The notes beneath the pieces are model-generated. The model worked only from the letters and a program-made list of their open reading frames with translations. It did no database searches and had not been told where the DNA came from. 44,182 nucleotides of DNA from an uncultured Thermoprotei archaeon (GTDB lineage Archaea > Thermoproteota > Thermoprotei > Thermofilales > B15-G2), in contig CBDUKN010000021.1 in the NCBI GenBank assembly GCA_965367815.1, forward strand, positions 1-44,182. Direction: 5' to 3'. Positions 1 to 8,917 of this stretch are shown here, piece by piece (position 1 is the first letter of the stretch; every line of letters starts with the position of its first letter). The position numbers and the translations under genes are program-made.

Positions 1-81
<81 letters not shown>

Positions 82-121
82 GCGTTAGTTTTAAATATTA
101 TGAATACATACTCTTAACGAT

Positions 122-925
122 ATGGAGATAGAAGAAAAAAGAATAATGTTACCTCGCTATATTCCTTGGATGTTTCACTCAAGAAACCGCAACTTGTGTG
201 AATTATCCTTTGTAGTCGATATGAATAAAATGTTAAAAGTGCTTGAAGTTTTATCTAGATACCATGTTAAAGTACTTTACATAGCTGGGTATTCTTTTTC
301 TAAAGAAGATAAAATAAATATACTTCTCTTTGTTGATGTCTCTGAAGTATCTTTAGATATTTTTCAGAAAATAGTAAGCGAGCTAAAGAAATTAACTAAA
401 TCTCCTATTCAATATACTAGAAGTAGAAGTAATGATGAAGTATTTATTGAAGAATTAAGCTTCCCGCTTTACGCAGATCCGGAAACAAGAGTGCTTCTTC
501 TTTCAGCAGATTTTCTGGCCAATATTATTAGGGGGCTTTATGAAAAATATGGAGATGTAGCGTCAACTATTCTGTATAATTTTGCTTACTGTGGTGGAGA
601 ATATATAGTAAAGAATTTTTCGAGAAGATACCGTTTCGAAAGAAAAGAGAAGTTAATATGTGAGATGACTAAGCTTTGTCAGGCTACAGGATGGTGTAGA
701 GTAGAGATAGAGGAGTTAGACTTAGATAACTATTATGTTGTTCTTAAAGTGTATAATAGTTTTGAGTGTGAAGCCCTTAAGTACAGGAAAAAGCCTTCAA
801 GTCACTTACTTAGAGGACTCTTTAGCGGGGTTTTTTCAGCTATACTTGAAAAAGACGTATATTTTGAAGAAAAAGCTTGTATAGCTAAAGATGATCCATA
901 TTGTTTATTTTACTTAAAGATTTAA
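122..925 (+). CDS. ACT-like + V4R domain protein
   Basis: C-terminal V4R signature (GWC...SFEC...RGLFSG...EEKACIAKDDPYC); N-terminal ACT-like region. Confidence 0.8.
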   Translation: MEIEEKRIMLPRYIPWMFHSRNRNLCELSFVVDMNKMLKVLEVLSRYHVKVLYIAGYSFSKEDKINILLFVDVSEVSLDIFQKIVSELKKLTKSPIQYTRSRSNDEVFIEELSFPLYADPETRVLLLSADFLANIIRGLYEKYGDVASTILYNFAYCGGEYIVKNFSRRYRFERKEKLICEMTKLCQATGWCRVEIEELDLDNYYVVLKVYNSFECEALKYRKKPSSHLLRGLFSGVFSAILEKDVYFEEKACIAKDDPYCLFYLKI

Positions 926-945
926 TTGTATAGTTTTAGAGCGGA

Positions 946-2160
946 CTATATGGGTCTGTTTAACAGGTCTAGTAGTTTGTCCCAAAGTCTTATGAATTTA
1001 TCTGTTTTCTCGAGAACGTATTCTAGAGCCGCTTTTATGTCGTGAGTATATGCGGGGCAGCATCCTACGAATACTCCTTCACCAGCATACTTCTTTAAGC
1101 ATTCTCCGACAATGATATTTGTTTTTCCGGGTACTGGTTTAGCTTCAGGTCCTACTATGATAGCTATTTCTGGAGCATTCTCGAAGTCTTCTGGCTTGAA
1201 TGTGGACAGTACTTTAGCAACGTTTCTTTCGCATGTTGGACAAGGGTTTCCCGAAACTACTTCTACTTTACCTAGCTTTGCTGCAACTTCTTCGGGTTTA
1301 GGCCATGTTGGCTCAAAGTAGACACCATATTTCTCGGCGTACTCTGATACATCTTTCCAGGAAATTCCCTCTAGCTCTATTTTCTCAGGGTCTGCTTCAC
1401 CGAGTTTTTCTTGATAAGCATACTTTATTGTCTCTAGTTTCATGGGATCCCAGCCGAGTATTTTTGCTGCTACTGTGTCGAGAGCCACGAAGTCTATGCT
1501 AGATAGAACTAAGCCTATTGGCGCTAGTACACCATTTGTTGTAGCCAGTATACCGTCCATTACTGTTAGTTTGAGTTTTTCCTTGACCGCCTTAGCTATG
1601 TCAATTAAGCCCCAGTAGAGGCTCCTAGAGTGCATGATATATCTCTGTCTAAGAGAAACGAGACCATAGAGGTTTTTAATAGAGAGAGTAAGACCCGATA
1701 AACCGTGTTTTCTCATAGTTGGGACATTTATTAAAACATCCGCTTCTACAACATATTTACTTAGTTCTATTTCTCCGTAGAGTTTTGCTTCAGGTACACG
1801 GACTTTAACGAACTCGTCGAATCTAAAGTTAACTACTTTTACTCCAGCTTTTTCAGCCACTCTCTTAAGTTCCTCGGACTCGTAGAGTTTTCTTGAAGGA
1901 GTATCTATTACAGGGTTTTCACCAATTATTACTTCGCAGCCCGCGTTACTAAATAAGACTGCTAGAGCATAGTATACTCTTCTATCAGCAGTAATCCAGA
2001 GATTATCTGAGCAAATATTTGGCTTAATTAAAACTTTATCACCGGGCCCTGCAAAAGCCTCGGGTCCGCCGAAGGGCTTGAGAACATTTTCCACAGCTTT
2101 TAGTACTTCTTCGTCAAAAGGCTTTGGAGAAACTCTTGAAGCTACTACTTTAGATCCCAT
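946..2160 (-). CDS. DUF362 family Fe-S protein
   Basis: KVLIKPN, INVPTMRKH, LSIKNLYG and D-x-VA-x-D motifs; C-terminal CxxC and GCCP. Confidence 0.8.
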   Translation of the reverse strand: MGSKVVASRVSPKPFDEEVLKAVENVLKPFGGPEAFAGPGDKVLIKPNICSDNLWITADRRVYYALAVLFSNAGCEVIIGENPVIDTPSRKLYESEELKRVAEKAGVKVVNFRFDEFVKVRVPEAKLYGEIELSKYVVEADVLINVPTMRKHGLSGLTLSIKNLYGLVSLRQRYIMHSRSLYWGLIDIAKAVKEKLKLTVMDGILATTNGVLAPIGLVLSSIDFVALDTVAAKILGWDPMKLETIKYAYQEKLGEADPEKIELEGISWKDVSEYAEKYGVYFEPTWPKPEEVAAKLGKVEVVSGNPCPTCERNVAKVLSTFKPEDFENAPEIAIIVGPEAKPVPGKTNIIVGECLKKYAGEGVFVGCCPAYTHDIKAALEYVLEKTDKFIRLWDKLLDLLNRPI

Positions 2161-2199
2161 AAGGTTCCCTCATACTAATCTCTCTGTGGCTATATATTC

Positions 2200-3051
2200 T
2201 TAAACAATAGTTAAAACAAAGTATAGAGAATGAAATGAAAGAGAAGTGACTACAAAGGAGTCAACAAATCTCTCCCATCCCCACTTATATCCTATAACAG
2301 CGGATACTACTGTAATTAAAAATATGCCTTCTAGAATATAGTTAGTCAAACCTAAGAAAACGAGTACACATAGAAAAGGAATAATAACTCCCAGGATATT
2401 TAAAACCATTCTAGATGCTTTAGGAAACACTACGAAACAGGTTCTATCGCCAGCACACATATCGTACTCAACGTCGTCTCTTAGGTTTCTTAGCTGTAGG
2501 AAAGCAGAATAGAGCATTATTAGAGCTACTTTATACCAGTAACTACTCTGTAAAGCAGCCTTCGTGTAGAAAAAGCCATAAAGATACAGTAAAGCACCAA
2601 AGAAAAGAGTATGCGATAAAACATCTAGCAGAGGTTTTCCTTTAAGCCTTAATGGAGGAACACTGTAGGCAATGCCTAAGAAACATAGAGCTAAATACAT
2701 AGAAAATACTTCTCTTTTCAGAAGAAGCAGTAGTAAAAGAGCAATAGCTTGATTTACTAAAAGAGCGTACACATGGATTTTCTTGCAGCAACCTGATACA
2801 AGGGGATTGCTTTTAGCCTTGTTTAAAAAGTCGCTTTTGATGTCAAATAAATTGTTTACAGCAAAAGCTGTAGCTAAGTAAGATATTAGAGCATATATGA
2901 AGAGCGTGTCGAAAACAAAGTTTTTGGCACCATCAATATATCCGAGAAAACTCATCCATAAGTATGCTCTCCAGCCCTTTGGTCTAGACACTTTTACAAT
3001 ACTTAAAATATTTTGCAGAACCTTGACTAAAAGATTCTGGAACATAAGCAT
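2200..3051 (-). CDS. UbiA family prenyltransferase
   Basis: SRP, NNLFDIKSD, YSVPPLRLK and NLRDDVEYD motifs; multiple TM segments. Confidence 0.85.
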   Translation of the reverse strand: MLMFQNLLVKVLQNILSIVKVSRPKGWRAYLWMSFLGYIDGAKNFVFDTLFIYALISYLATAFAVNNLFDIKSDFLNKAKSNPLVSGCCKKIHVYALLVNQAIALLLLLLLKREVFSMYLALCFLGIAYSVPPLRLKGKPLLDVLSHTLFFGALLYLYGFFYTKAALQSSYWYKVALIMLYSAFLQLRNLRDDVEYDMCAGDRTCFVVFPKASRMVLNILGVIIPFLCVLVFLGLTNYILEGIFLITVVSAVIGYKWGWERFVDSFVVTSLSFHSLYFVLTIV

Positions 3052-3149
3052 ACTGGTTCAAAAATATACCAGAATATAATTTATAGTTTTCTAACGGGCC
3101 TTAACTTCCTTAAAGGAGATCTTATTTATTGACCCGCCTAAATTAAAAT

Positions 3150-3380
3150 GTGGAAGAATATTTAAAGGAATTTAAAAAGCGAGAAGCAGAAGCTCGTGAG
3201 ATTAGGCGTAAGTGTGCTGACTGGAATTTTATTGAAAAACAGCCAGAACCAATTAAAACAGCACTAAAAATACTAATAGAAACAGGAGACCTTTGGTATG
3301 CCGCAAAAATAGCTGGAGTACCTTTAGGTAAATTAAATGAAATCAGAAGAAAGGCTAAGATACCGTTAGTCGTGATATAA
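3150..3380 (+). CDS. small HTH-type putative antitoxin (copy A)
   Basis: 76 aa, ETGDLWYAAKIAGV helix-turn-helix-like segment, abuts a PIN gene. Confidence 0.6.
   Translation: MEEYLKEFKKREAEAREIRRKCADWNFIEKQPEPIKTALKILIETGDLWYAAKIAGVPLGKLNEIRRKAKIPLVVI
3190..3290 (+). repeat. 101-bp perfect direct repeat, copy 1
   Basis: AAGCTCGTGAG...AACAGGAGAC identical to 3992-4092. Confidence 0.95.
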
Positions 3381-3893
3381 ATGAGCGCTGTAGTCGATGC
3401 ATGCTTTTTTATCAATTGGTCTTATTTCAGACAAAGAGACGATCTTTTCAAGCTATTTCATACACTAATAGTTCCTGAAATAATCCTAAATGAAATAAGA
3501 GATTCCTCTGCCAGAGACTATTTAAATCTACTAGCTTACCGCAGAAAGCTATCAATAGCCCCGAGAGTAAGCTTTGTTGACACTCAAGCACTTAAATTAT
3601 TTACACTCATAAACGCTAGCTCCGTTTTACCTAAAATAGATGAACCAGAATCTTATGGACTAGCACTAGCATTATTACTCAAAGTACCTTTTCTCACAGA
3701 TAATGCTGCTCCCAGACTAGCAACAAAATATATTGAAGAACTACAACAAGTAGCCGTTTATGACTCCCTGATAGTCTTAAAGAAACTCTACACAGGCACA
3801 AAACTTAAAATAAAAATTAAGGAATTTTCACAAGACACAGGCACAATCTTTTCTAAAGAAAGACTAAGTGAAGAGGGAATCGACTATGACTGA
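3381..3893 (+). CDS. PIN-domain protein (VapC/DUF3368-like)
   Basis: VVDAC, IDEPE and FLTDN acidic PIN motifs. Confidence 0.75.
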   Translation: MSAVVDACFFINWSYFRQRDDLFKLFHTLIVPEIILNEIRDSSARDYLNLLAYRRKLSIAPRVSFVDTQALKLFTLINASSVLPKIDEPESYGLALALLLKVPFLTDNAAPRLATKYIEELQQVAVYDSLIVLKKLYTGTKLKIKIKEFSQDTGTIFSKERLSEEGIDYD

Positions 3894-4182
3894 TAATGAA
3901 CTACTGAAACGAGTTGCAAAAGAATATAGTGTAAAAATTAAATGGAGCGAATACGATAAAGTAGTACGAGAATATATTCGCCGCGAAAATAAAGCTCGTG
4001 AGATTAGGCGTAAGTGTGCTGACTGGAATTTTATTGAAAAACAGCCAGAACCAATTAAAACAGCACTAAAAATACTAATAGAAACAGGAGACATTAAGCT
4101 AGCATCTATAGTAAGCGGACTTAAAGTAGGTCTACTTGACCAGTATAGAAGAAAGGCGAAAATTCCAATTGTGCTTTTGTAG
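3886..4182 (+). CDS. small HTH-type putative antitoxin (copy B, paralog of 3150-3380)
   Basis: shares an identical central segment with copy A; ATG at 3886 overlaps the end of the PIN gene. Confidence 0.6.
   Translation: MTDNELLKRVAKEYSVKIKWSEYDKVVREYIRRENKAREIRRKCADWNFIEKQPEPIKTALKILIETGDIKLASIVSGLKVGLLDQYRRKAKIPIVLL
3992..4092 (+). repeat. 101-bp perfect direct repeat, copy 2
   Basis: identical to 3190-3290. Confidence 0.95.
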
Positions 4183-4251
4183 CAACTGCCGTTATCATAG
4201 CGCCTTGGTTTAGGGAAACGAATATATATCCTATACGACTAGCAATTTAAT

Positions 4252-4539
4252 GTGAGCTATATTAAACTAGATACTTCTGTAGAAGAAAAGTTAAGAAACT
4301 ATTTAACTAGCCGCATGAGTCCCGATAAAATATATCTCCTATATCAGATTCGAAAATTATTAAAAGAATTCATTAAGAAGGAGAATTTTATACCAAAATA
4401 TGGTAATTCAGAAGAACTTCTAATATCAAAACTCATTAATTTAGCCGAAGAAAAGAAAATTATCGAAAGAGTTGTTTTTGATCACTCAGTAGGATTTATA
4501 CCTTTAGCTGAAGATTGGTATAAATTAGTATCAAATTAA
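4252..4539 (+). CDS. hypothetical protein
   Basis: 95-aa ORF with a TATA-like element upstream. Confidence 0.5.
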   Translation: MSYIKLDTSVEEKLRNYLTSRMSPDKIYLLYQIRKLLKEFIKKENFIPKYGNSEELLISKLINLAEEKKIIERVVFDHSVGFIPLAEDWYKLVSN

Positions 4540-4581
4540 AGCATTTTACAAAGAAACTAAGTAATAGATTTTACTTATTGT

Positions 4582-5300
4582 CTATCTGTTGATCTCAAAG
4601 CCAGCTGACACTAGTAAAGGGTTTTGAAATGCTTTATCTAAGTACATGTATATTGTTACAACAGCAGTATTAAAAGATAATAATGGAACATCGAATTCCT
4701 TTGAGAAAAAACATTTAGCTTCTATTTCTTTTTCACTATATTCTTTTATTTCTTCTATTTTAGGTAAATATACTTCTATGCCATGTGCTGACATAAAACC
4801 TATGTTAGTAAAATTGATTTTCTTTAATCCTTTATTAACTATTTTTAATTTGAAGCGAGCTTCTCTCCTAGTAGGATATTTTGTTCTTCTTTAACTACTA
4901 TGTTTAAGTGTACTTTACTATACTTTACGCAGACTCCAGCTATTCTCGCCATAGTTCCTCTAGGTGTTTGGCTGGACTGACCCTCAAAGTATAGCGATAA
5001 ATAGTTGTCTGAAATAATGTTCCCTAAGATTACTCTGTACAGTTTTCTTTCCTCAAAGCATACTCTATTTTTGGAAAATACTTTCTCTGCAAAAGGATAT
5101 TTAACAAAAACTCTTCTACAAAAGTATTTTTCGAGAATCTATGAAGCCACATGTCTCTGCTCAAACTTCTTTTCCTTAAAATGATGGCTGGAATAAAGCC
5201 GTATTTTACGTAGAGGCGACGCGCTATTTTATTTTCAATACTTGTCATAAGGTACCGTATGCAGTACACGACGCCTTAGACCTCTTATCAATATATTTTC
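4582..5300 (-). pseudogene. degenerate C-terminal part of a GNAT acetyltransferase
   Basis: YLMTSIENKIARRLYVKYGF (GNAT motif B-like) followed by frameshifted fragments continuing to 4582. Confidence 0.55.
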
Positions 5301-5946
5301 ACGAACTAGTACCACTATCAATTATAACACTAAGGCTTCTTCACGAAGACATCTGGGTAATCATACTACTAGCAATAATACACTTCGCTCACACCACTAT
5401 CACAAAAGAATATAAACACCTATTGAGCCACTGCAACATAGTACTCACTTAATAGAACATGCCAAGGATTTTCTGCAATACTCCTCCTCAACAAAACTTC
5501 TGCAAGACTTAAGTAGCAAAGCTACTGAAACTCCCTAAGGTACTGGTATAGGTGTCATAAATCAGAGTACTAGCACGGCTGCGCGATAAAAAGCACTATA
5601 ATAGCTAAGTACTCCCACGACATATTCTTCTCCTTAAACTCATTACTCACACAGTCGCCGAGAAAAATAGACAATTGAATCATTTAAGTATAGTGCCTCT
5701 AGTCTTCTTCAAGTTCTTTTTCAATTTTCTGTGCTAGTTCTCTGTAGTAGCCTAGTGCTTCCTCAAGCTCCCTGTGCTCTTTAACTAAGTCTTCTAGCAC
5801 TGCGACAAGCTCTTTTACTTCAGCTAAAGCATTTCTCAAAGAATCTTCTCTACTAACTCCCTTAGCTTCCTCAAAATACTCTTAAATTTTCTCGGTAAAT
5901 AGACTACAAGATAGTATATCGTTAAACATATTTACTCTGAGAAATA

Positions 5947-6123
5947 AAATTATTTAGATGAACTAGAGCAAGCCTAGGCTTGCTCTAGGGAAACAGACCG
6001 ATGGCGAGGGATGAAGCTTATAGGGTTTCCCAAGCTAGTCTACGAAAGGGAGGCCCCGAAATGTTTAGTTTCTTTACCTCTTCTCTCATCCCCCGCTACC
6101 GTTTCTTCTGGAGCGATGGGGGT
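5947..6123 (+). ncRNA. conserved structured leader / left-end RNA or ssDNA element (copy 1)
   Basis: aligns with 39891-40067; three stems with compensatory changes. Confidence 0.7.
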
Positions 6124-6127
6124 GTCT

Positions 6128-7591
6128 ATGGGGCGGGGAGAGTTTGTTGAGATAATAAGAAGTAATGTTTTGAGAATTGAGGCTAGTAGTGAAGTAGAGG
6201 AGTTGTTGAAGAGTCTTCAAAGAGGGTTTAAGAAGTACTTTGATGTAGCGAATAATTTCATTAAACAGTATTATCGAATAAATCACAGGCTTCCGAGGCA
6301 AATAGATGTTTATAGGATTCTCAGGGAATATGGTGTATCTAGTACTGCTGCTAACGAGGTTTCAAAAAAGGTTCTTGAGGCATGGAAAAGCTACTTTGAG
6401 CTTGAGAAAAGAGGATTTAAGGCTAAGCCACCAATATTTAGGAATATTCCAGTGATTCTTCATAATCAGCAGTACAGGGTTTACGCTAGGGGAAAGGACA
6501 ATGAGTGGATTGCTGAGAAAATTGAGTTTTCTTTAAACGGGAAATGGGTTTCACTTAAAGTTAAAGGGAAGCTTAGGTGGATTCCGAGGCTCAATGAAGG
6601 ACTAGTGTTTTATATTAGTGGATTAAAGTGCCCTAGTATAAAGTTAAGATATTGTTTAATAGAAAATTACTTAGTTTTAGGAGAGAGATGTCTTAGTAAA
6701 AATAAGGCAGAGATTTTTCAGCAAAACAATAAGTGGTATTTTGTTTTCAGTGTTTCTTTGAAGATTCCATTGCTGATGCTGAAAGGAAGTGGTGTAGTAG
6801 GGATTGATGTTGGTGTAAGGAATCTTGTAGCGCTGGTCGGAGTCAGTAATAGTGGCGAGGCTTTTTCAATGCTTTTTAAAAGCGGTACTCTTAGAGCTTA
6901 CTGGCTTAAATGTGAGAAGCTTGCAAGAAGAAGGCAAAAGATTGCTTATCGGTATTTCTGGAGAGCGGTACATTGTGCTGAAAACGGTGATAGGGAGAAG
7001 GAAAGAGAATGTTTTTGGGAATATAGGAGGTTTTTGGAGAAAGCTGGACGGTTTAAGAGGAAAGCTAGAGAAGTAAGGAAGAAGGCTGTTAACCAGATGG
7101 CTAAACTGGTAGCAGAGTACTTGGCTTCTAGAGGTGTTTCGGTTGTTTATGTTGGTAATAGTGTTTGTAGAGCTGTTTCTGATGTAGATTTAATTGAAAG
7201 AATAGTATCAAAGCCTACTAAAGAGCTTCTTAGAGGATTCTTTGCTCCAAGACAGATTATTAAGGCTCTTCAGAGGCACTGTGAGGTTAGAGGAATTAGA
7301 GTAATTGAGATTGATGAAATGGGGACTTCTAGTGTTTGTCCAGTATGTGAGAGTAGGGTTGAGAGGAGGTATCGTGGACTAGTTGTTTGTAGAGAACACG
7401 GATGCTTTAATGCTGACTTAGTGGCAGCGTTCAATATTCTTAAAAGAAATACTAGTGTAGAGCTGAGGAAAGAAGATTTGAAGGAATTACTTAATTATCC
7501 TAAGACATATGTTTACTTAGTTAAAGAACAGAAGTGGGTTGAAAGAAAATATTTAGTTTCTTTACCTCCCGAAAGGGAGATACCTCACTAG
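6128..7591 (+). CDS. tnpB: TnpB RNA-guided endonuclease with rearranged RuvC-II (487 aa from ATG 6128)
   Basis: VVGIDVG (RuvC-I), YVGN, IDEMGTS, CPVC...RGLVVC-x2-H and NADLVAAFNI; GGGGTG RBS before 6128; the upstream in-frame extension runs through the structured leader. Confidence 0.9.
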   Translation: MGRGEFVEIIRSNVLRIEASSEVEELLKSLQRGFKKYFDVANNFIKQYYRINHRLPRQIDVYRILREYGVSSTAANEVSKKVLEAWKSYFELEKRGFKAKPPIFRNIPVILHNQQYRVYARGKDNEWIAEKIEFSLNGKWVSLKVKGKLRWIPRLNEGLVFYISGLKCPSIKLRYCLIENYLVLGERCLSKNKAEIFQQNNKWYFVFSVSLKIPLLMLKGSGVVGIDVGVRNLVALVGVSNSGEAFSMLFKSGTLRAYWLKCEKLARRRQKIAYRYFWRAVHCAENGDREKERECFWEYRRFLEKAGRFKRKAREVRKKAVNQMAKLVAEYLASRGVSVVYVGNSVCRAVSDVDLIERIVSKPTKELLRGFFAPRQIIKALQRHCEVRGIRVIEIDEMGTSSVCPVCESRVERRYRGLVVCREHGCFNADLVAAFNILKRNTSVELRKEDLKELLNYPKTYVYLVKEQKWVERKYLVSLPPEREIPH

Positions 7592-7668
7592 CCCCACATA
7601 GGGGTAACTTGCCTGACCCCCAGGCAGGCAATGAAAGGCCAGCTGGCCTAGAGCCGAAAGAGGGGTCC
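7561..7668 (+). ncRNA. putative omega-RNA scaffold / right end of element 1
   Basis: GC-rich hairpins; near-identical to 26882-26987 (minus) although the adjacent coding sequence has diverged. Confidence 0.75.
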
Positions 7669-7870
7669 TGAAGTCTGGATGACCATTAAATTCGCTATTT
7701 CAGCATAAGGCTTGTAAGCTAAGTCTAGCGTGACTTTTCCTAAGACTCTATCTTCCTCATCGATTGCTATTAAAACTTTAACATACTTTCTTGCTTTAAG
7801 CCAGTAGCCAACAAGTTTCTCTGAGAGTTTTCTCCGTATGCCTCGTATAGTTTAGTCATTTTACTAGCAT
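7667..7870 (-). pseudogene. N-terminal fragment of a GNAT acetyltransferase cut by the element 1 right end
   Basis: frameshifted reading gives KVLIAIDEEDRVLGKVTLDLAYKPYAEIANLMV-HPDFR, ending at the element boundary. Confidence 0.65.
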
Positions 7871-7949
7871 ATTCGCGCTTGAACTCAACTATATTTATCA
7901 CGTTTTAGCTTACAGAAAACTGATTTAAATTTCAGATAGACTATTTTTA

Positions 7950-8750
7950 TTGATGAAAATAACTGTCACAGTATATAGTTTTAGCAAACTTTTCTCCAGA
8001 AAAGTGGTTAAAGTAAAAGACTTCGTGGACTTCTGCCATAAGCTGGGTACAGATGCTGTTGACTTAGGCTACTACTGGGAGAGCCGAGATGAAATGAGTG
8101 AAGTTAAGAAAATTTTAAAAGAATATGGTATGCCCGTGGCCTGCTACATTACTTCAAATGATTTCGCTAAATTGAGTAAAGCTGAAAGAGTTTCTGAAAT
8201 AGAGAAAGTAAAGAAAGCTATAGATGATGCTGTTTTCATGGAGTCTACCAAAGTTAGAATATTTGCCGGAGACTATAAGCCTGGCTTAAGCTATGAGGCA
8301 GCTAAACCGCTTGTAATAGAGTGTCTAAGAAAAGTAGCTGAGTACGCGGAGTCGAACGACATAACACTAGTTCTCGAGAACCATGGAAGACTTTTCGGTA
8401 AAGTATATCAAATAAGAGAACTCCTCGAAGGAGTATCTTCACCTTACCTTAAACTGAATTTCGATATAGGTAACTGGATGATTGTCGGCGAAGACCCAGT
8501 GGAAGCTGCTGAAGAATTATACAATAGTATTGGTCATGTGCATGTTAAGGACTGGCGTATTGTCGGCGGAGGATACCGTGGAACAACCATTGGTGAAGGT
8601 GTTGTACCATTAAGAGAAGTACTTCAAGTGCTTAAAAACAAGAAATACGAAGGATACTTATGTATTGAGTATGAAGGAGAAGAAGACCCCAGGCTTGGTG
8701 TTAGAAAAAGCTTTAATAATCTTAAAAACATACTACAGCAGCTAAACTAA
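7950..8750 (+). CDS. sugar phosphate isomerase/epimerase (AP endonuclease 2 TIM barrel)
   Basis: LVLENH, FDIGN, HVHVKD and CIEYEG motifs. Confidence 0.85.
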   Translation: MMKITVTVYSFSKLFSRKVVKVKDFVDFCHKLGTDAVDLGYYWESRDEMSEVKKILKEYGMPVACYITSNDFAKLSKAERVSEIEKVKKAIDDAVFMESTKVRIFAGDYKPGLSYEAAKPLVIECLRKVAEYAESNDITLVLENHGRLFGKVYQIRELLEGVSSPYLKLNFDIGNWMIVGEDPVEAAEELYNSIGHVHVKDWRIVGGGYRGTTIGEGVVPLREVLQVLKNKKYEGYLCIEYEGEEDPRLGVRKSFNNLKNILQQLN

Positions 8751-8917
8751 TCTATCTACAGTTATTTTATTTTATCTTATTTTCAAATATAGATTTAATA
8801 GTGTTATTAAGTATTCTCATTCTACACTAGATCTTTAGTGATAGAAAAGAAAAGATATTTCTGCAAAAGTGCTTAAAGTAGATTAAAAGAATGACAACCA
8901 ATCTCCCTGCCGGATAG

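Larger units (their letters stand above)
5947..7668 (+). mobile_element. TnpA-less IS200/IS605-superfamily (IS1341-like) TnpB element 1
   Basis: structured leader + tnpB + 3' omega-RNA region; right end fixed by comparison with the copy at 26882; left end is only the limit of homology with element 2. Confidence 0.75.

Noticed and set aside
5955-6062. Hammerhead, hatchet or HDV ribozyme reading of the leader (GATGA-stem-GAAA; GCTTATA; CGAA)
   Set aside because: The CUGAUGA core and required stems are not properly present; K-turn-like interpretation fits at least as well
6011-6127. N-terminal ORF extensions of both TnpBs (also 40277-40444) sharing PATVSxGAMG
   Set aside because: The similarity comes from the repeated hairpin; good RBS sequences precede ATG 6128 and 40445
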